DNA of 63,997 bases, the filler included, from Nemertoderma westbladi (lineage: Eukaryota > Animalia > Xenacoelomorpha): assembly GCA_032718475.1 (NCBI GenBank). It is 3 parts of 3 records of this genome, joined end to end, with 100 filler letters (N's around TTAATTAATTAA, not from the genome) between each part and the next. Parts side by side here need not be neighbours in the genome. Positions count along the whole stretch, not along the records: positions 31,826 to 56,879 come from JAUCBJ010007447.1; positions 56,980 to 63,997 come from JAUCBJ010004037.1; 1 more part is not named here. One strand, 5' to 3'. Position numbers and translations under genes: made by a program. The notes below the pieces were generated by a model, which had not been told where the DNA came from, did not search any database, and was given only the letters and a program-made list of their open reading frames with translations. Positions 49,887-61,902 of the stretch are shown piece by piece (position 1 is the stretch's first letter; each line of letters begins with the position of its first letter).

Positions 49887-50930
49887 ATGGATAGGCTGAA
49901 GGTAATCAACCAACGGCTAGACATGCTGACAAGGTCGGCGGAAGGTAATCAACCAATGACGACCTACTGCGAAACGCTTGTAGGAGTTGCGACCACAAGC
50001 GGTTTACTCTCGCAACTGAAAGATATGAGTATGAGAACCCTCCAGGAGAAATACCGGCTCGGTCATCGCCTGGATCAACAAGGACCGCGTCCTTCAGTGG
50101 TACACCAGTCTGGCGTCGATAAATTGGCTACTGGAACAGAAGACAGAGAAGAAAGAAGAACCAACCTGTTGAAATGTAAAAAGACACTAAAGATTGCTAC
50201 AATGAACGCACGCACGCTGAAAGCACAAAGCAAGTGTTAGTAACAAGCTCAGCAGTAAGAAACTCTGCTAAAAAAAGGTAGGAATTCTGCTAAGCCCATT
50301 TGCACTTAAGACCCTAAACAAAATCAACTCTATAAATTCCAGGTTATGATCGCAGCATTTGATGGGAATCCCAAGATAACAGTTATATGTTGCTACAGTC
50401 CAACCAATGCCTCAGAGCCAGAACAAGCAGTCAAATTTTATGAAGATCTGACTGGACTTATAAAGGACATTCCGAAACACAATGTTAAAGTCATTGCTGG
50501 TGACCTGAATGCGCAAATTGGTCCAGAAGACATCAAGGGTTACACCTATAACACCAGTTCTAACAGAAATGGGTACTTACTTTTAGACCTAATGGAAGAA
50601 TGTGAATTGATACCAACTAACAACACATTCGAAAAAAGTAAGGGGAAGCTATGGACCTTTCAATACCCTAATGGAACCAAAGCACAACTGGATTACATCC
50701 TTATAAACAAAAAGTGGAAAAAAAGCATGATAAACTGCGAGGCATACAGCTCATTCAACCTAATTGGTTCGGACCACCGAATTGTGACTGCAGAAATCAG
50801 ACTCAGTTTGAGAGCCGGGAAACCCAGGACAAGCAAGCAAAACAACTATGACTGGGAGAAACTCAGAACTGACAATGCTGTAAAGGATGCTTACACGGTA
50901 GCAGTTCAAAACCGCTTTGAAACACTTTAG
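49887..50930 (+). pseudogene. RTE AP endonuclease domain
   Basis: LKIATMNARTL, CCYSPTN, AGDLNAQIG, NRNG, AQLDYILI, GSDHRIV. Confidence 0.88.
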
Positions 50931-51658
50931 TCAATGGATTCAATATACCAGAATATAATATGGAGACACACCTGATCTGTTTGGCATCACAATTGTTACA
51001 TACCTACATAAAGGCAAGGGAAGGGATCCAACAATTTGCACTTCATATCGCCCGATTGCAACCGTGAGCATCTTTGGGAAGATCTTTGAGGCCGTGATAT
51101 TGCGGGAGTTCCTCACATCACCAGGACTTCTATGCGATTCTCAGTTTGCATATCAACCAAAGATTGGCACTGATCTGCTATTAGCCGCAATACTAGGACT
51201 ATCTTGAGGACCTTTACCTGCCCCAATACAATCCTGCAGCCGTTCCTTAGACTATCACTTTTCATTAATAGTTGCAAACAGGACAACGATAACCATACTG
51301 CAAGTCTCAGTGGGGCCTACCGACAATGTTCCAACACCTTCCCAATGCCAGATATCCTATCCATCCTAACATTCTCATACTGCAAGAAGGAATTATTATC
51401 TCGTCTAAACAAACGGATCATTAACATCTGGTGAAGCGATGAAACGAAACTTAATTAATAATTGTTACAACCTCCGCAATACGTCTTTCGATGTGAAACA
51501 CATGCGAATATTACAGTACTTCAATGTGTCTTAAAGTTTTTACCTTGTGCCAATGTAAACCCTATGGACGTTCTGTTTATTTGTATACATATTTTACTTT
51601 GAAGATATTATAGTGTCGGCTTGACCGACTTCATTATGTTAATAAAAATAAAAAATAA
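50931..51658 (+). mobile_element. Nested fragment of another non-LTR retrotransposon
   Basis: YLHKGKGRDPTICTSYRPIATVSIFGKIFEAVIL...SQFAYQPKIGT (RT N-terminal motifs); A-rich tail AATAAAAATAAAAATAA. Confidence 0.7.
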
Positions 51659-51659
51659 C

Positions 51660-52922
51660 AGCCCACAAGGAATCAGCTCAGAGGCATATCCCCCAGAAGC
51701 CCAAACGAAAACAGTATTTGCCATGGCAAAACTCTGAGGTTACTTGTAAGAGAGAAGATCTTAAGATAGCCTACAAAGTTAAAACCGAACAACCAACAAC
51801 CGAAAACATTAACAAGGTTGAGAAAGCTAAGGACGATCTTAAATTGGCCTACAACATCAGACAGGAAAAGTACATACAGGATAAAATTAAAGCAATTACA
51901 ACTGCTCACATACAGCCACAATCAAGACTTACCTGGCAAACTATAAATGAGGTATCTGGTCGGAAACGTTGGGGCGCTTCAAAGCCGATAGTCCTGAAGA
52001 ACGTGTTGGGAAGTGGAAAAATCACTTCAAGCCAAGACATTAGCACCATTACTATTTGTAATTGTGCTGGATTACGCAATGAGGACGGCCACAAATGGTG
52101 AAGATCTGGGATTCACACATCAAGAACGCAGAAGTAGTAGATATCCGGCAACTACAGTCACAGACACCGACTTTGCGGATGACATCGCCCTGCTCTCTAA
52201 TGCGCTATCAGATACACAGCTTCTACTAAATAAAGTGGAGAGGGCTGCTAAGGAGGTTGGATTGCTTATAAATGCTACCAAGACCGAATTCATGACCTTT
52301 AATGTTGATGGAAACTTGACAACCATTGATAATAATCAACTAAGAAAGGTCGACGACTTCCAGTACCTTGGATCGTGGATAGAGAGTAGCAAAAAGGACA
52401 TAGAAGTTAGGAAAGCAAAGGCTTGGATAGCTCTATCAAAAATGGATACCATCTGGAAATCAGATCTCTCCAGGTACCTGAAGACTAAGTTATTTCGAGC
52501 CACAGTGGAAAGTGTATTTTTATACGGGGTGAGACCTGGACACTGACTAAATCACTTGAACAACGAATTGATTGTTGCTACACAAGACTACTAAGGGCAG
52601 CCCTAAACATCAGCTGGAGATAACACATGACAAACGCCGAGCTTTATGGTACGGTACAATACCACCACCTGTATCAACCACCCTCCGTGAACGCAGATTA
52701 AGATTCAGTGGGCAAGGATGGCGAAGTAAAGACGAGGTCATACCAGATCTACTTTTCTGGCAACCAACTCATGGAAAGCGTAGTCGTGGACGACCGGCCA
52801 TAACATATATAGATCAACTTGAAAGCGATACTGAACTTGGGAGAAACGAAATTCCGACAACTATGGAGAATCGGGAAGCCTGGAAGGATCTCATTTCCCC
52901 TGTCCGAGTTCGCTCGACTTAG
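51660..52922 (+). pseudogene. RTE RT region with a large internal deletion
   Basis: Jumps from the WKNHFS region to TLAPLLFVIVLDY, DFADD, FQYLGSW. Confidence 0.88.
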
Positions 52923-53781
52923 TAGTAGCTCTAAAAATACCCGAGAGAAAGAGTCATCAACATGCCCTATTTAACCCTGCCAGAGTAACTCTCTTAAGTC
53001 AATTGGCCGGAGAACACGCAAAAGTAATTATTTCCAGTGTGGTCACTCAAAAGCTAGACCCCTCAGAGGAAACTACTACAACAAGAATGGTCTATAATTT
53101 TAGCTGCGCGACTTTTAAATTTCAGACAGAGTTCCTGTACTTGTACTCATCGCTATTATAATCATCGTTGCGCTCAGATTATTTAAAAGCAGGTACTGTA
53201 ATCGTAAAGAATTTGATTAAAAGACTTTAAAATTATATAGTTAATTAAATAAGTATTATGTGTATAATATAACATAATATAATATTATAGTGTAATATGA
53301 TTATGTATAGTCCTTTATAATTTAATCTCTGAATATAAATTACTCCCTTCATTGTGCTATATACAGATATGCTGAATGCTGCAAACAACATTTTATCTTC
53401 ACCCAACATAATTGTAATTATAAAATCGATATGTACTAATATAATTCTTCTGTGACAATACTTACGCTGATGGTGAGTATAATTACCATACACATTCCTC
53501 GCATAATATTTTCTAAAATCCATAATGTAGTTTATGTAATATAACTTGAATGTGTCTTTGTTTTCAGAGAATGTAATATTATAGAACAGGCACTAAGGAT
53601 AAAATATCCAAAAATATTCAGTGATGATTCGACGCAAAATCTTTTAAACAAATTTCTTGAGAACGTGCTAATATCCATTTTGCCAGCCTAACATGATACT
53701 TAATTAACTAAACAAATATATATTTTTTTTTACATATATTATTGTATTATATTTCATACGAGAGCAACATTTACTTACACT

Positions 53782-54017
53782 AGAGAGAGGGGGGGGGGGG
53801 ACTGGACGCAATAAAAATTCATCCCTCTCCAGGGGAAATTCGACGCAAATAACAGATGATTATTCTCAAAAATAAAACTGTAACCTGTTCTATTGTGTTT
53901 AGTTTATTGTTTTGTTTAAAATAACGTGCCACTGTAACCTGCTCCTTTCCCTAAATTGAAAATTTAACATTAAGGCGGGATTTGCGTCCAGTCCCCCCCC
54001 CCACCCCCCCTGTCTCC
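53782..54017. mobile_element. MITE family with poly-G/CTGGACGCAA TIRs (copy 2)
   Basis: Close match to 36224-36505. Confidence 0.75.
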
Positions 54018-54064
54018 AACGCAATAGAAAACAATAAATCTAATAACAATATATTTTAATTTAC

Positions 54065-54251
54065 CTTGAGTTGCCTTGGCGACGATGTATCTGGTCCTCG
54101 TCTGGGAGCCCTTGTTGCCGCACTGTTCGGTACAATGGGACCATGGAGTCCAATCGCTGAGCACACAATCGCCACTGCAGGCCACTGCACAGGTCTCCTG
54201 GGGCGCAGCCGTACCATGGTGTATGTCGCACCACGATCTTTCAACTTCCTC
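54065..54251 (-). CDS. Internal coding exon of a thrombospondin type-1 repeat protein (THSD7/spondin-like)
   Basis: ttacAG|...|GTaaat splice sites. EEVERSWC...ETCAVACSGDCVLSDWTPWSHCTEQCGNKGSQTRTRYIV (WxxWSxC, RxR). Confidence 0.88.
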
Positions 54252-55204
54252 CTGTAATATAATAATTAATTGTTATTGATATATATTGATATAATTGATA
54301 TAATAATAATTTTTTTTTATTTATTTATTTCAACCAAATCATGGTCATATCTAAAATTAATGGCACAAATTACAATTAAATTAAATAATAACATTAAGCA
54401 TTAAAATTTAGGATGTTCGTGTTCGTAGTTAAAATAGTTATCGGCACCATCGTTTAAAAGTATCGTACATAGCTGATTTCGCACGACAATTATTTCGGAC
54501 ACAATTTAAGGTGGTGCTCGAAGACAAATTTATACGATTATGCAAGCTAAAAAGGGAAACATATAAATATGTATATAATAACAAGTAATAAAAAGAAGAA
54601 TAAAATATAGATATAGATATAAAAATAATAATATAAATATAATAAAAAGTGATTCAGCAACCTTAGGGCAGTATACAGTCTACTGTACATACAGTGTCAT
54701 TGATCTAGGAGCTACTCATGCTCTGCTCGGCAAAAGCAATCCCTACCATGTTTGGTAACATGATTACTTAGATCCTCACTCTAACAAATACTGACTCACA
54801 TGTCAATCAATGCTATCACATTAACCTCTCACTCCCAATTTTAGGCGAGGATCCTTTTGAAATATTTAAAAAAAATTTTTAAATGTGGCATGGGAACTAT
54901 TCTTTCAATATGTTGACCCCTTCGTAGTGGCTAAAATAATTCATCTTTCTACAAAACGTGGTCAATCGGATCAATACTGTGTTGAACGAAAACCCATGAT
55001 TTGAAATAAGATCGGATAAAATATCGTACGTAACAAAAACAGTAGGCCTACTTTGCGTAAGCAAGCCCATATCATATCAAGCCTATACCATCTTATTTAC
55101 TTTTTTACTTTCATGTAATGATGACTTTACCCTACTGTATATTATTCATATTTATTAAGCAAACAGTCCGCCAAAGCCGGAGGTGACCTGAAGGCTCTTC
55201 TTTC

Positions 55205-56879
55205 GATAGTTGCTACTCGAAGGCAGGGTGGGCGCTACTCCTATCTGCTACACGAAGGTAGGGCGGGCGCTACTCCTATCTGCTACACGAAGGTAGGGGG
55301 GTGCTACTCCTTTCTGCTACCCGAAGGTAGGGGTGGGCGCTACTCCTATCTGCTACCCGAAGGTAGGGGTGGGCGCTACTCCTATCTGCTACCCGAGGGT
55401 AGGGGTTGGCGCTACTCCTATCTGCTTCCCGAAGGTATGGGGTGGGCGCTACTCCTATCTGCTACCCGAGGGTAGGGGTGGGCGCTACTCTTATCTGATA
55501 CCCGAAGGTAGGGGTGGGCGCTACTCCTATCTGATACCCGAAGGTAGGGGTGGGGCTACTCTTATCTGCTACCCGAAGGTAGGGGTGGGCGCTACTCCTA
55601 TCTGCTACCCGAAGGTAGGGGTGGGCGCTACTCCTATCTGCTACCCGAAGGTAGGGGTGGGGCGCTACTCCTATCTGCTACCGGAAGGTATGGGTGGGCG
55701 CTACTCCTATCTGCTACCCGAGGGTAGGGGTGGGCGCTACTCCTATCTGCTACCCGAAGGTAGGGGTGGGGCTACTCCTATCTGCTACCCGAAGGTAGGG
55801 GTTGGCGCTACTCCTATCTGCTACCCGAGGGTAGGGGTTGGCGCTACTCCTATCTGCTACCCGAAGGTATGGGTGGGCGCTACTCCTATCTGCTACCCGA
55901 GGGTAGGGGTGGGCGCTACTCTTATCTGGTATCCGAAGGTAGGGGTGGGCGCTACTCCTATCTGCTACCCGAAGGTATGGGTGGGCGCTACTCCTATCTG
56001 CTACCCGAAGGTATGGGTGGGCGCTACTCCTATCTGCTACCCGAGGGTAGGGGTGGGCGCTACTTCTATCTGGTATCCGAAGGTAGGGGTGGGCGCTACT
56101 CCTATCTGCTACCCGAAGGTATGGGTGGGCGCTACTCCTATCTGATACGCGAAGGTAGGGGTGGGGCTACTCCTATCTGCTACCCGAAGGTAGGGGTGGG
56201 CACTACTCCTATCTGCTACCCGAAGGTAGGGGTGGGCGCTACTCCTATCTGATACCCGAAGGTAGGGGTGGGGCTACTCTTATCTGCTACCCGAAGGTAG
56301 GGGTGGGCGCTACTTCTATCTGCTACACGAAGGTAGGGGTGGGCACTACTCCTATCTGCTACCCGAAGGTAGGGGTGGGCACTACTCCTATCTGCTACCC
56401 GAAGGTAGGGGTGGGCGCTACTCCTATCTGCTACCCGAAGGTAGGGGTGGGCGCTACTCCTATCTGCTACCCGAAGGTGGGGGTGGGCGCTACTCCTATC
56501 TGCTACCCGAAGGTAGGGGTGGGCGCTACTCCTTTCTGGTACCCGAAGGTAGGGGTGGGCGCTACTCCAATCTTCTACCCGAAGGTAGGGGTGGGCGCTA
56601 CTCCGATCTGCTACACGAAGGTGGGGGTGGGCGCTACTCCTATCTGCTACCCGAAGGTAGGAGTGGGCGCTACTCCTATCTGCTACCCGAAGGTAGGGGT
56701 GGGCGCTACTCCTATCTTCTACCCGAAGGTAGGGGTGGGCGCTACTCCTATCTGCTACCCGACGGTAGGGGTGGGAGCTACTCCTATCTGTTACACGAAG
56801 GTAGGGGTGGGCGCTGCTCCTATCTGGTACACGAAGGTAGGGGTGGGAGCTACTACTATCTTCTACCCGAAGGTAGGGG
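55205..56879. repeat. 36-bp GC-rich minisatellite (GGGCGCTACTCCTATCTGCTACCCGAAGGTAGGGGT), about 46 copies, running into a gap
   Basis: Visible tandem array. Confidence 0.97.
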
Positions 56880-56979
56880 NNNNNNNNNNNNNNNNNNNNN
56901 NNNNNNNNNNNNNNNNNNNNNNNTTAATTAATTAANNNNNNNNNNNNNNNNNNNNNNNNNNNNNNNNNNNNNNNNNNNN
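56880..56979. other. Assembly gap with a TTAATTAATTAA spacer
   Basis: 100-nt N-run with the same linker as 31726-31825. Confidence 0.97.
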
Positions 56980-57417
56980 GATCCTATAACCAATCAGGAG
57001 AAAGAGATACAGGTAAATAGCCAATCTGCCAATAGGGGATCAGGTTGCCATGTTCCGTATCAGTATCATCATATGACATAGCAGTAGGCCTTCAGGCATA
57101 CCGGTATGCAGCCAAGGCAGCAAATGCATGTTAAAAATGCGATATACAGTTCTGTAGGATGAAGGATGGCGGGTATGAAAGTTGTGTGATTGCCCCAGCA
57201 AAGATGGATAGTTTCAGATGTAAACAACTTTCGCAGATTTAGTTGGTGTTGAAATATGGGGCGCCGTTTGGGCCAAAAATAAAATAAACATATTATATTA
57301 AAAAGTTATAATGGTATGTTTTTTATCTTGCCGTTTGGGCCAAAAGTTGTAATGGTATGTTTTTTTATCTTGCCGTTTGGGCCAAAAATAGCAGAGAGGG
57401 AAATTTGAACTGGCAGA

Positions 57418-57758
57418 ATGGACAATGCTGCAATGGAGGCCTTTCGCCTTTCATCATGTGATTCCGACTACCTAAAGACGGATTTTGAAGACACCAACAG
57501 GAAATACTTATTTCTTGCGGATATATTACAATTTGGAAGTGGCAGTAGATTTCCAAACTTCGAAGGTAATCTCGAATTCGAGAATGATGAATCTCTTCCA
57601 CAGGATGGTTTTAAGAGGCTCTACTGCTCTATGCGGATACCTGCTCACAAACTATTCACTTCCCTCTCAATACTCGGTATCTAGCAGCGAATTCCAATAT
57701 ATTCTTCCAATTGGTTACTGACGACATTCTAATGTCTCCAGAATTTACTCTGATTTGA
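57418..57758 (+). pseudogene. HECT E3 ubiquitin ligase C-lobe remnant (G2E3-like) inside the transposon
   Basis: LADILQFGSGSRFP...LEFENDESLP, then after a frameshift at about 57628 YADTCSQTIHFPLNTRY...FFQLVTDDILMSPEFTLI* (catalytic TC at 57639-57644, Phe at -4 from the C-terminus). Confidence 0.7.
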
Positions 57759-58084
57759 GAATATTAACGGATTTAATAAGTATTAGTCGTGTCATAACTA
57801 TTGGTTATTTTAACTACCGGTAGTGTTTATTGATAATTCTTTGAATTTGGGATAAGTAATTTTATAATTCTATTGAATTGATTGATAATTCTTTGATTAT
57901 TAAAAAATTATTGTTTTCCAGTTATTTGTCCCTATATATACATACAGAGTAAGAGACAGGGGGATTCTCGACGCAAATATATTTACGCATATTAATATAT
58001 TAATGTTATGTGTTGTTAATAATGTTATTAATGTTTATAAATATTAATGAATATTAATTGACTATTAATGACTCTTCCACAGTA

Positions 58085-58272
58085 AACCCTTCCACTCTGT
58101 TTCCCAAGTTGCCTTGGTTCCCATTTATCGACCACTGAAAGATGAAAGCCGGGGTTGGGCTAGGCTGCAGCATTTAAAGCACTGTGCCCAAACAGTGCTG
58201 CCCCATCTAGGGATCGAACCAGAGCTCCCTAATTGGAAGCCCAGGAATGTCACCACTAGACCAAGCTGCTGC
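58085..58272 (-). mobile_element. tRNA-derived SINE with a Deu/Nin-like core
   Basis: Minus strand TAGTGG (A box)...GGTTCGATCC (B box)...GCTTTCATCTTTCAGTGGTCGATAAATGGGAACC. Confidence 0.65.
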
Positions 58273-58441
58273 TTATTAATGAATAATATTAATATATATT
58301 ATTAATGAATAATATTGATGAATATTATATTTAATATTAATAACTAATTAATATTATAAAGAAAGCCTTCGCACAGCACGAGATAATAAGTGAAGTCATA
58401 TTTCTTTCATATATATTATTATACCCCCCACAGAGAAATGA

Positions 58442-59669
58442 TTAAGTGTGATTAACAACAATACTTATTGCCCGCTTATATAACTCCATTCCAAAGTTAT
58501 TGTCTTCGGCCAATGGGTTAATTTCTTGTAGCAGTTGGACCAATACCATCTGTGGCTCGTAAGTTAATTCAGGGACTACTATTTCAGATAACCCACTCGG
58601 TTCTATTTCAACTTCTTCTTCTCGAGTGTATTAAATTATCTCTTGCACAGTTTCATCCTCTAGACCTCCACCAGCAGCAGCGCTTCCCTCTGCACAGTTC
58701 GTATTCCTGAATTATAGACCTGCATCCAATAATACACTTTCACACCACATCTGGTTAGGTGTCTTCATGCCCCCTGTACTCACACTGCGGTTATTTAGCT
58801 CCCCAAGTAAGCGATCAAGGGATTTCCTGATACGTGGAGTATAAATGTAGTGCAATATGAATATATGTATCTCGTTGTTTCGATCGAGTTCTCCATCTTC
58901 TTCCAGGCGGATGAAAACTGCTTTATAGGTATTGCTAACAACTCGATTCACTTCACCCCACAGGCGTTCGATCCTAGTGTTATGTACGCTTCAACCACCA
59001 ATGTAGCTTCCTCTACCAAGTCCCCGAGAATCTAACATAAAACGCGCGATTTCAAAATTCTCTACACCTAAATCACCTCGCACTCGAAGCGGTAGCCCGT
59101 ATTTTGAAACAGCGTCTTTAAAATTCTTTAGCGCTGTTTCTGACCGATTGTTGTCACAGAAGAGAAATCCGACTACCATTCTGCTGTAACCATCGACAAT
59201 TCCGTGGATAACGAAACGCCAGTTTATAAGTTTGTGGTTTGTGTCCACGTGCTGACGTGCCATAGGTGATTGGCACCTTTCACAAAATAAACCCGCCGTT
59301 TAACTGCTTTACTTTTTCGAAAAGCTCGACCTATGACTTATTGGATCTAAAATATCCATTCGTTCCCTGAGCTTCCATCGCTGTACATTTATTCCGATAG
59401 AACGCAATGCTCCCGCCAAATAAACTTCTCCTATATTGGGTGTATCTGAAAGAATTTCGCTAATATGTTGATCCAGTCTGTCATCCGATATTTGGGTGAA
59501 TCGTTGATTGGTAAAACCTAAACTGGAACATCGTCGTTTGATCGTCCTTTCCGTCTTCCGATACGTTCATAATATTGGAAATATTCTTAGTTGTAAACCT
59601 TTGTACAGTTCTTAAATAGCGAAGCTGATCGTCACTAACTGAAGTTCGGGGCCGTCCGTGTGTCGACAT
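58442..59669 (-). pseudogene. DDE integrase-core transposase with N-terminal HTH; frameshifts and stops
   Basis: GRPRTSVSDDQL...ISNIMNVS (HTH), [64 protein letters not shown]. Confidence 0.88.
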
Positions 59670-60884
59670 TCTGACATTAATGCCTCAGTATTGCAGTATT
59701 GCATATTGTGGACCACAAGATGTAGGCCTAACACAAGCACAAGGTGTAACGCTACAGGGCCTAAAGTATACCGATTTGTACCTAACAGCCTAACGCTACA
59801 TTACAGCATTACCCAGTGACAGTATATGAGTACCGGTAGGCCAAGGCCCATACAGCCATACAGCGGGAGGTAAGCCTAAAGTCCACTCCTACAGCGATAC
59901 CAGTCAGGAACACTGGTCACAATATGTCCAATTTACAGCCAGAATGTGTCCGCGGAAAACGCTCTCAGACAGTCAGAGTGAAATTTCTCCATAGAAAACA
60001 ATGCTAAATTTCTTTTGAAAACCGGCAGTGAAATTTTAACATTGGCATTCTAAAAATTATGCCATTCTGCCATTACAATCGCCATAAAATTCTGTATAAA
60101 TTAATTTGAGAATTAGAATATCATCGTTGGGATAACTATCATAATATTAAAAATAAAAATGTGCCCAGCTTCTGCTTTGAGTACTAGTGGAGTTACAGCC
60201 AAAATATGTCCGGAAATATAATTGCAGCCTGTGCTGCTGTGAAGGACAAATAGTGGCTGCACGGACACTTTCTGGCTGTAAATATGTGGACAATTTTTGG
60301 CTGAGCTTCAGCCAGAAAGGGACCAGTGTTCCTAACTGGATACGGTACCGTGTGTAAATACAATCCACAATCATGCATAGGCAGACAGGCTCACAGGCAT
60401 GATGATAATTGCAATTGCTAAACGCAATAATTTTTATTGTCCGTTTAAATCCTTTTTTTGTCCTTTTTTTTTGATTTTTTATGTCCTCCAAAAGTCTAAT
60501 GTTAGGTTCCATGCTACCGGTTTCTCTACAGCTGTTTTCTAAGGCTATCAGTACCGGTATTAGTATATATAGCACTATTTTGCTGTATTGTATGTACAGA
60601 TGTAGGTATAAAGCAGGTATTTCTGTATTTTAGTACCGGTACTGCTATAGGCCTACTGTGTAGCCTACCATTTAAATACGGTAATGGTAGGCCTACCGGT
60701 TGTGCTAATAAATTTTAAATAATTGATAGGCCAAACTGGATTGCAGGATTGTGGAAAATGTGGATATACCTTTCACATAATTTAGGCCTATTACTGTATT
60801 AGTTTTATAATCAATAATGGATCATGACTACTGCTGAGTAGTGTTACGGATAGCGGAACCACTACTTCCAACAGCACAGAAGGC

Positions 60885-61590
60885 CCGCCTCTGTAACCTG
60901 CCCCTTTCCCTCAATTAGTTAAATGATCGTTTATTGTTTTGGTTAGATAATCCCGCCTCTGTAACCTGCTCCTTTCCCTCAATTGGTAATGTTATCGTTT
61001 ATTGTTTTGGTTAGAAAATCCCGCCTCTGTAACCTGCTCCTTTCTCTCAATTGGTAATGTTATCGTTTATTGTTTTGGTTAGAAAATCCCGTCTCTGTAA
61101 CCTGCTCCTTTCCCTCAATTAGTTAAATGATCGTTTATTGTTTTGGTTAGAAAATCCCGCCTCTGTAACCTGCCCCTTTCCCTCAATTAGTTAAATGATC
61201 GTTTATTGTTTTGGTTAGAAAATTCCGCCTCTGTAACCTGTCCCTTTCCCTCAATTAGTTAAATGATCGTTTATTGTTTTGGTTAGAAAATCCCGCCTCT
61301 GTAACCTGCTCCTTTCCCTCAATAAGTTAAGTGATCGTTTATTGTTTTGGTTAGAAAATCCCGCCTCTGTAACCTGCTCCTTTCCCTCAATAAGTTAAGT
61401 GATCGTTTATTGTTTTGGTTAGAAAATCCCGCCTCTGTAACCTGCTCCTTTCCCTCAATTAGTTAAGTGATCGTTTATTGTTTTGGTTAGAAAATCCCGT
61501 CTCTGTAACCTGCTCCTTTCCCTGATTTGGTAAAGTGACTGTTTATTGTTTTGGTTAGAAAACTCGGCCTTAACCTGCTCCTTTCCATCA
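60885..61590. repeat. 68-bp minisatellite (CCCGCCTCTGTAACCTGCTCCTTTCCCTCAATT...TTTATTGTTTTGGTTAGAAAAT), about 10 copies
   Basis: Period 68 (60952, 61020, ...). The unit is homologous to the MITE internal sequence. Confidence 0.95.
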
Positions 61591-61827
61591 ATTGGTAATT
61601 GTTTTTGGCTATAAAATGAGTGTTTTGCAACGTCATGTTGTAATCGATTATCGACAACAAACACAAACTATTAAATATAGAGTCTTTTTACCACAGGCGC
61701 ATATGGAAATCTATCTCATAGTCTATAAATCATGGAATCATGGAATGTTTTGGCACAGGCATAGTGAAATCAACTGTCTGACAGTCCAGAAATCAGCAGT
61801 CTGACAGTTTGAAGAAATACATACATA

Positions 61828-61902
61828 AAAAGTCATTAAAAGGACAATAAAAGTCATTAAAAGGACAATAAAAGTCATTAAAAGGACAACAAAAGTCATT
61901 AT
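61828..61902. repeat. 20-bp tandem repeat AAAGTCATTAAAAGGACAAT, about 3.5 copies
   Basis: Visible. Confidence 0.85.

Larger units (their letters stand above)
49409..52928 (+). mobile_element. Near-full-length RTE family B LINE with deletions and a nested LINE fragment
   Basis: TSD CTCTAAAAA (49400-49408 and 52929-52937), (AGT)n at both ends, APE and RT motifs. 3' half nearly identical to 7562-9418(-). Confidence 0.92.

Noticed and set aside
55333-56935. GATPICYPKVGV repeat ORFs or a possible CRISPR array
   Set aside because: Contiguous 36-bp minisatellite with frameshifting units and no unique spacers, in a eukaryotic context.
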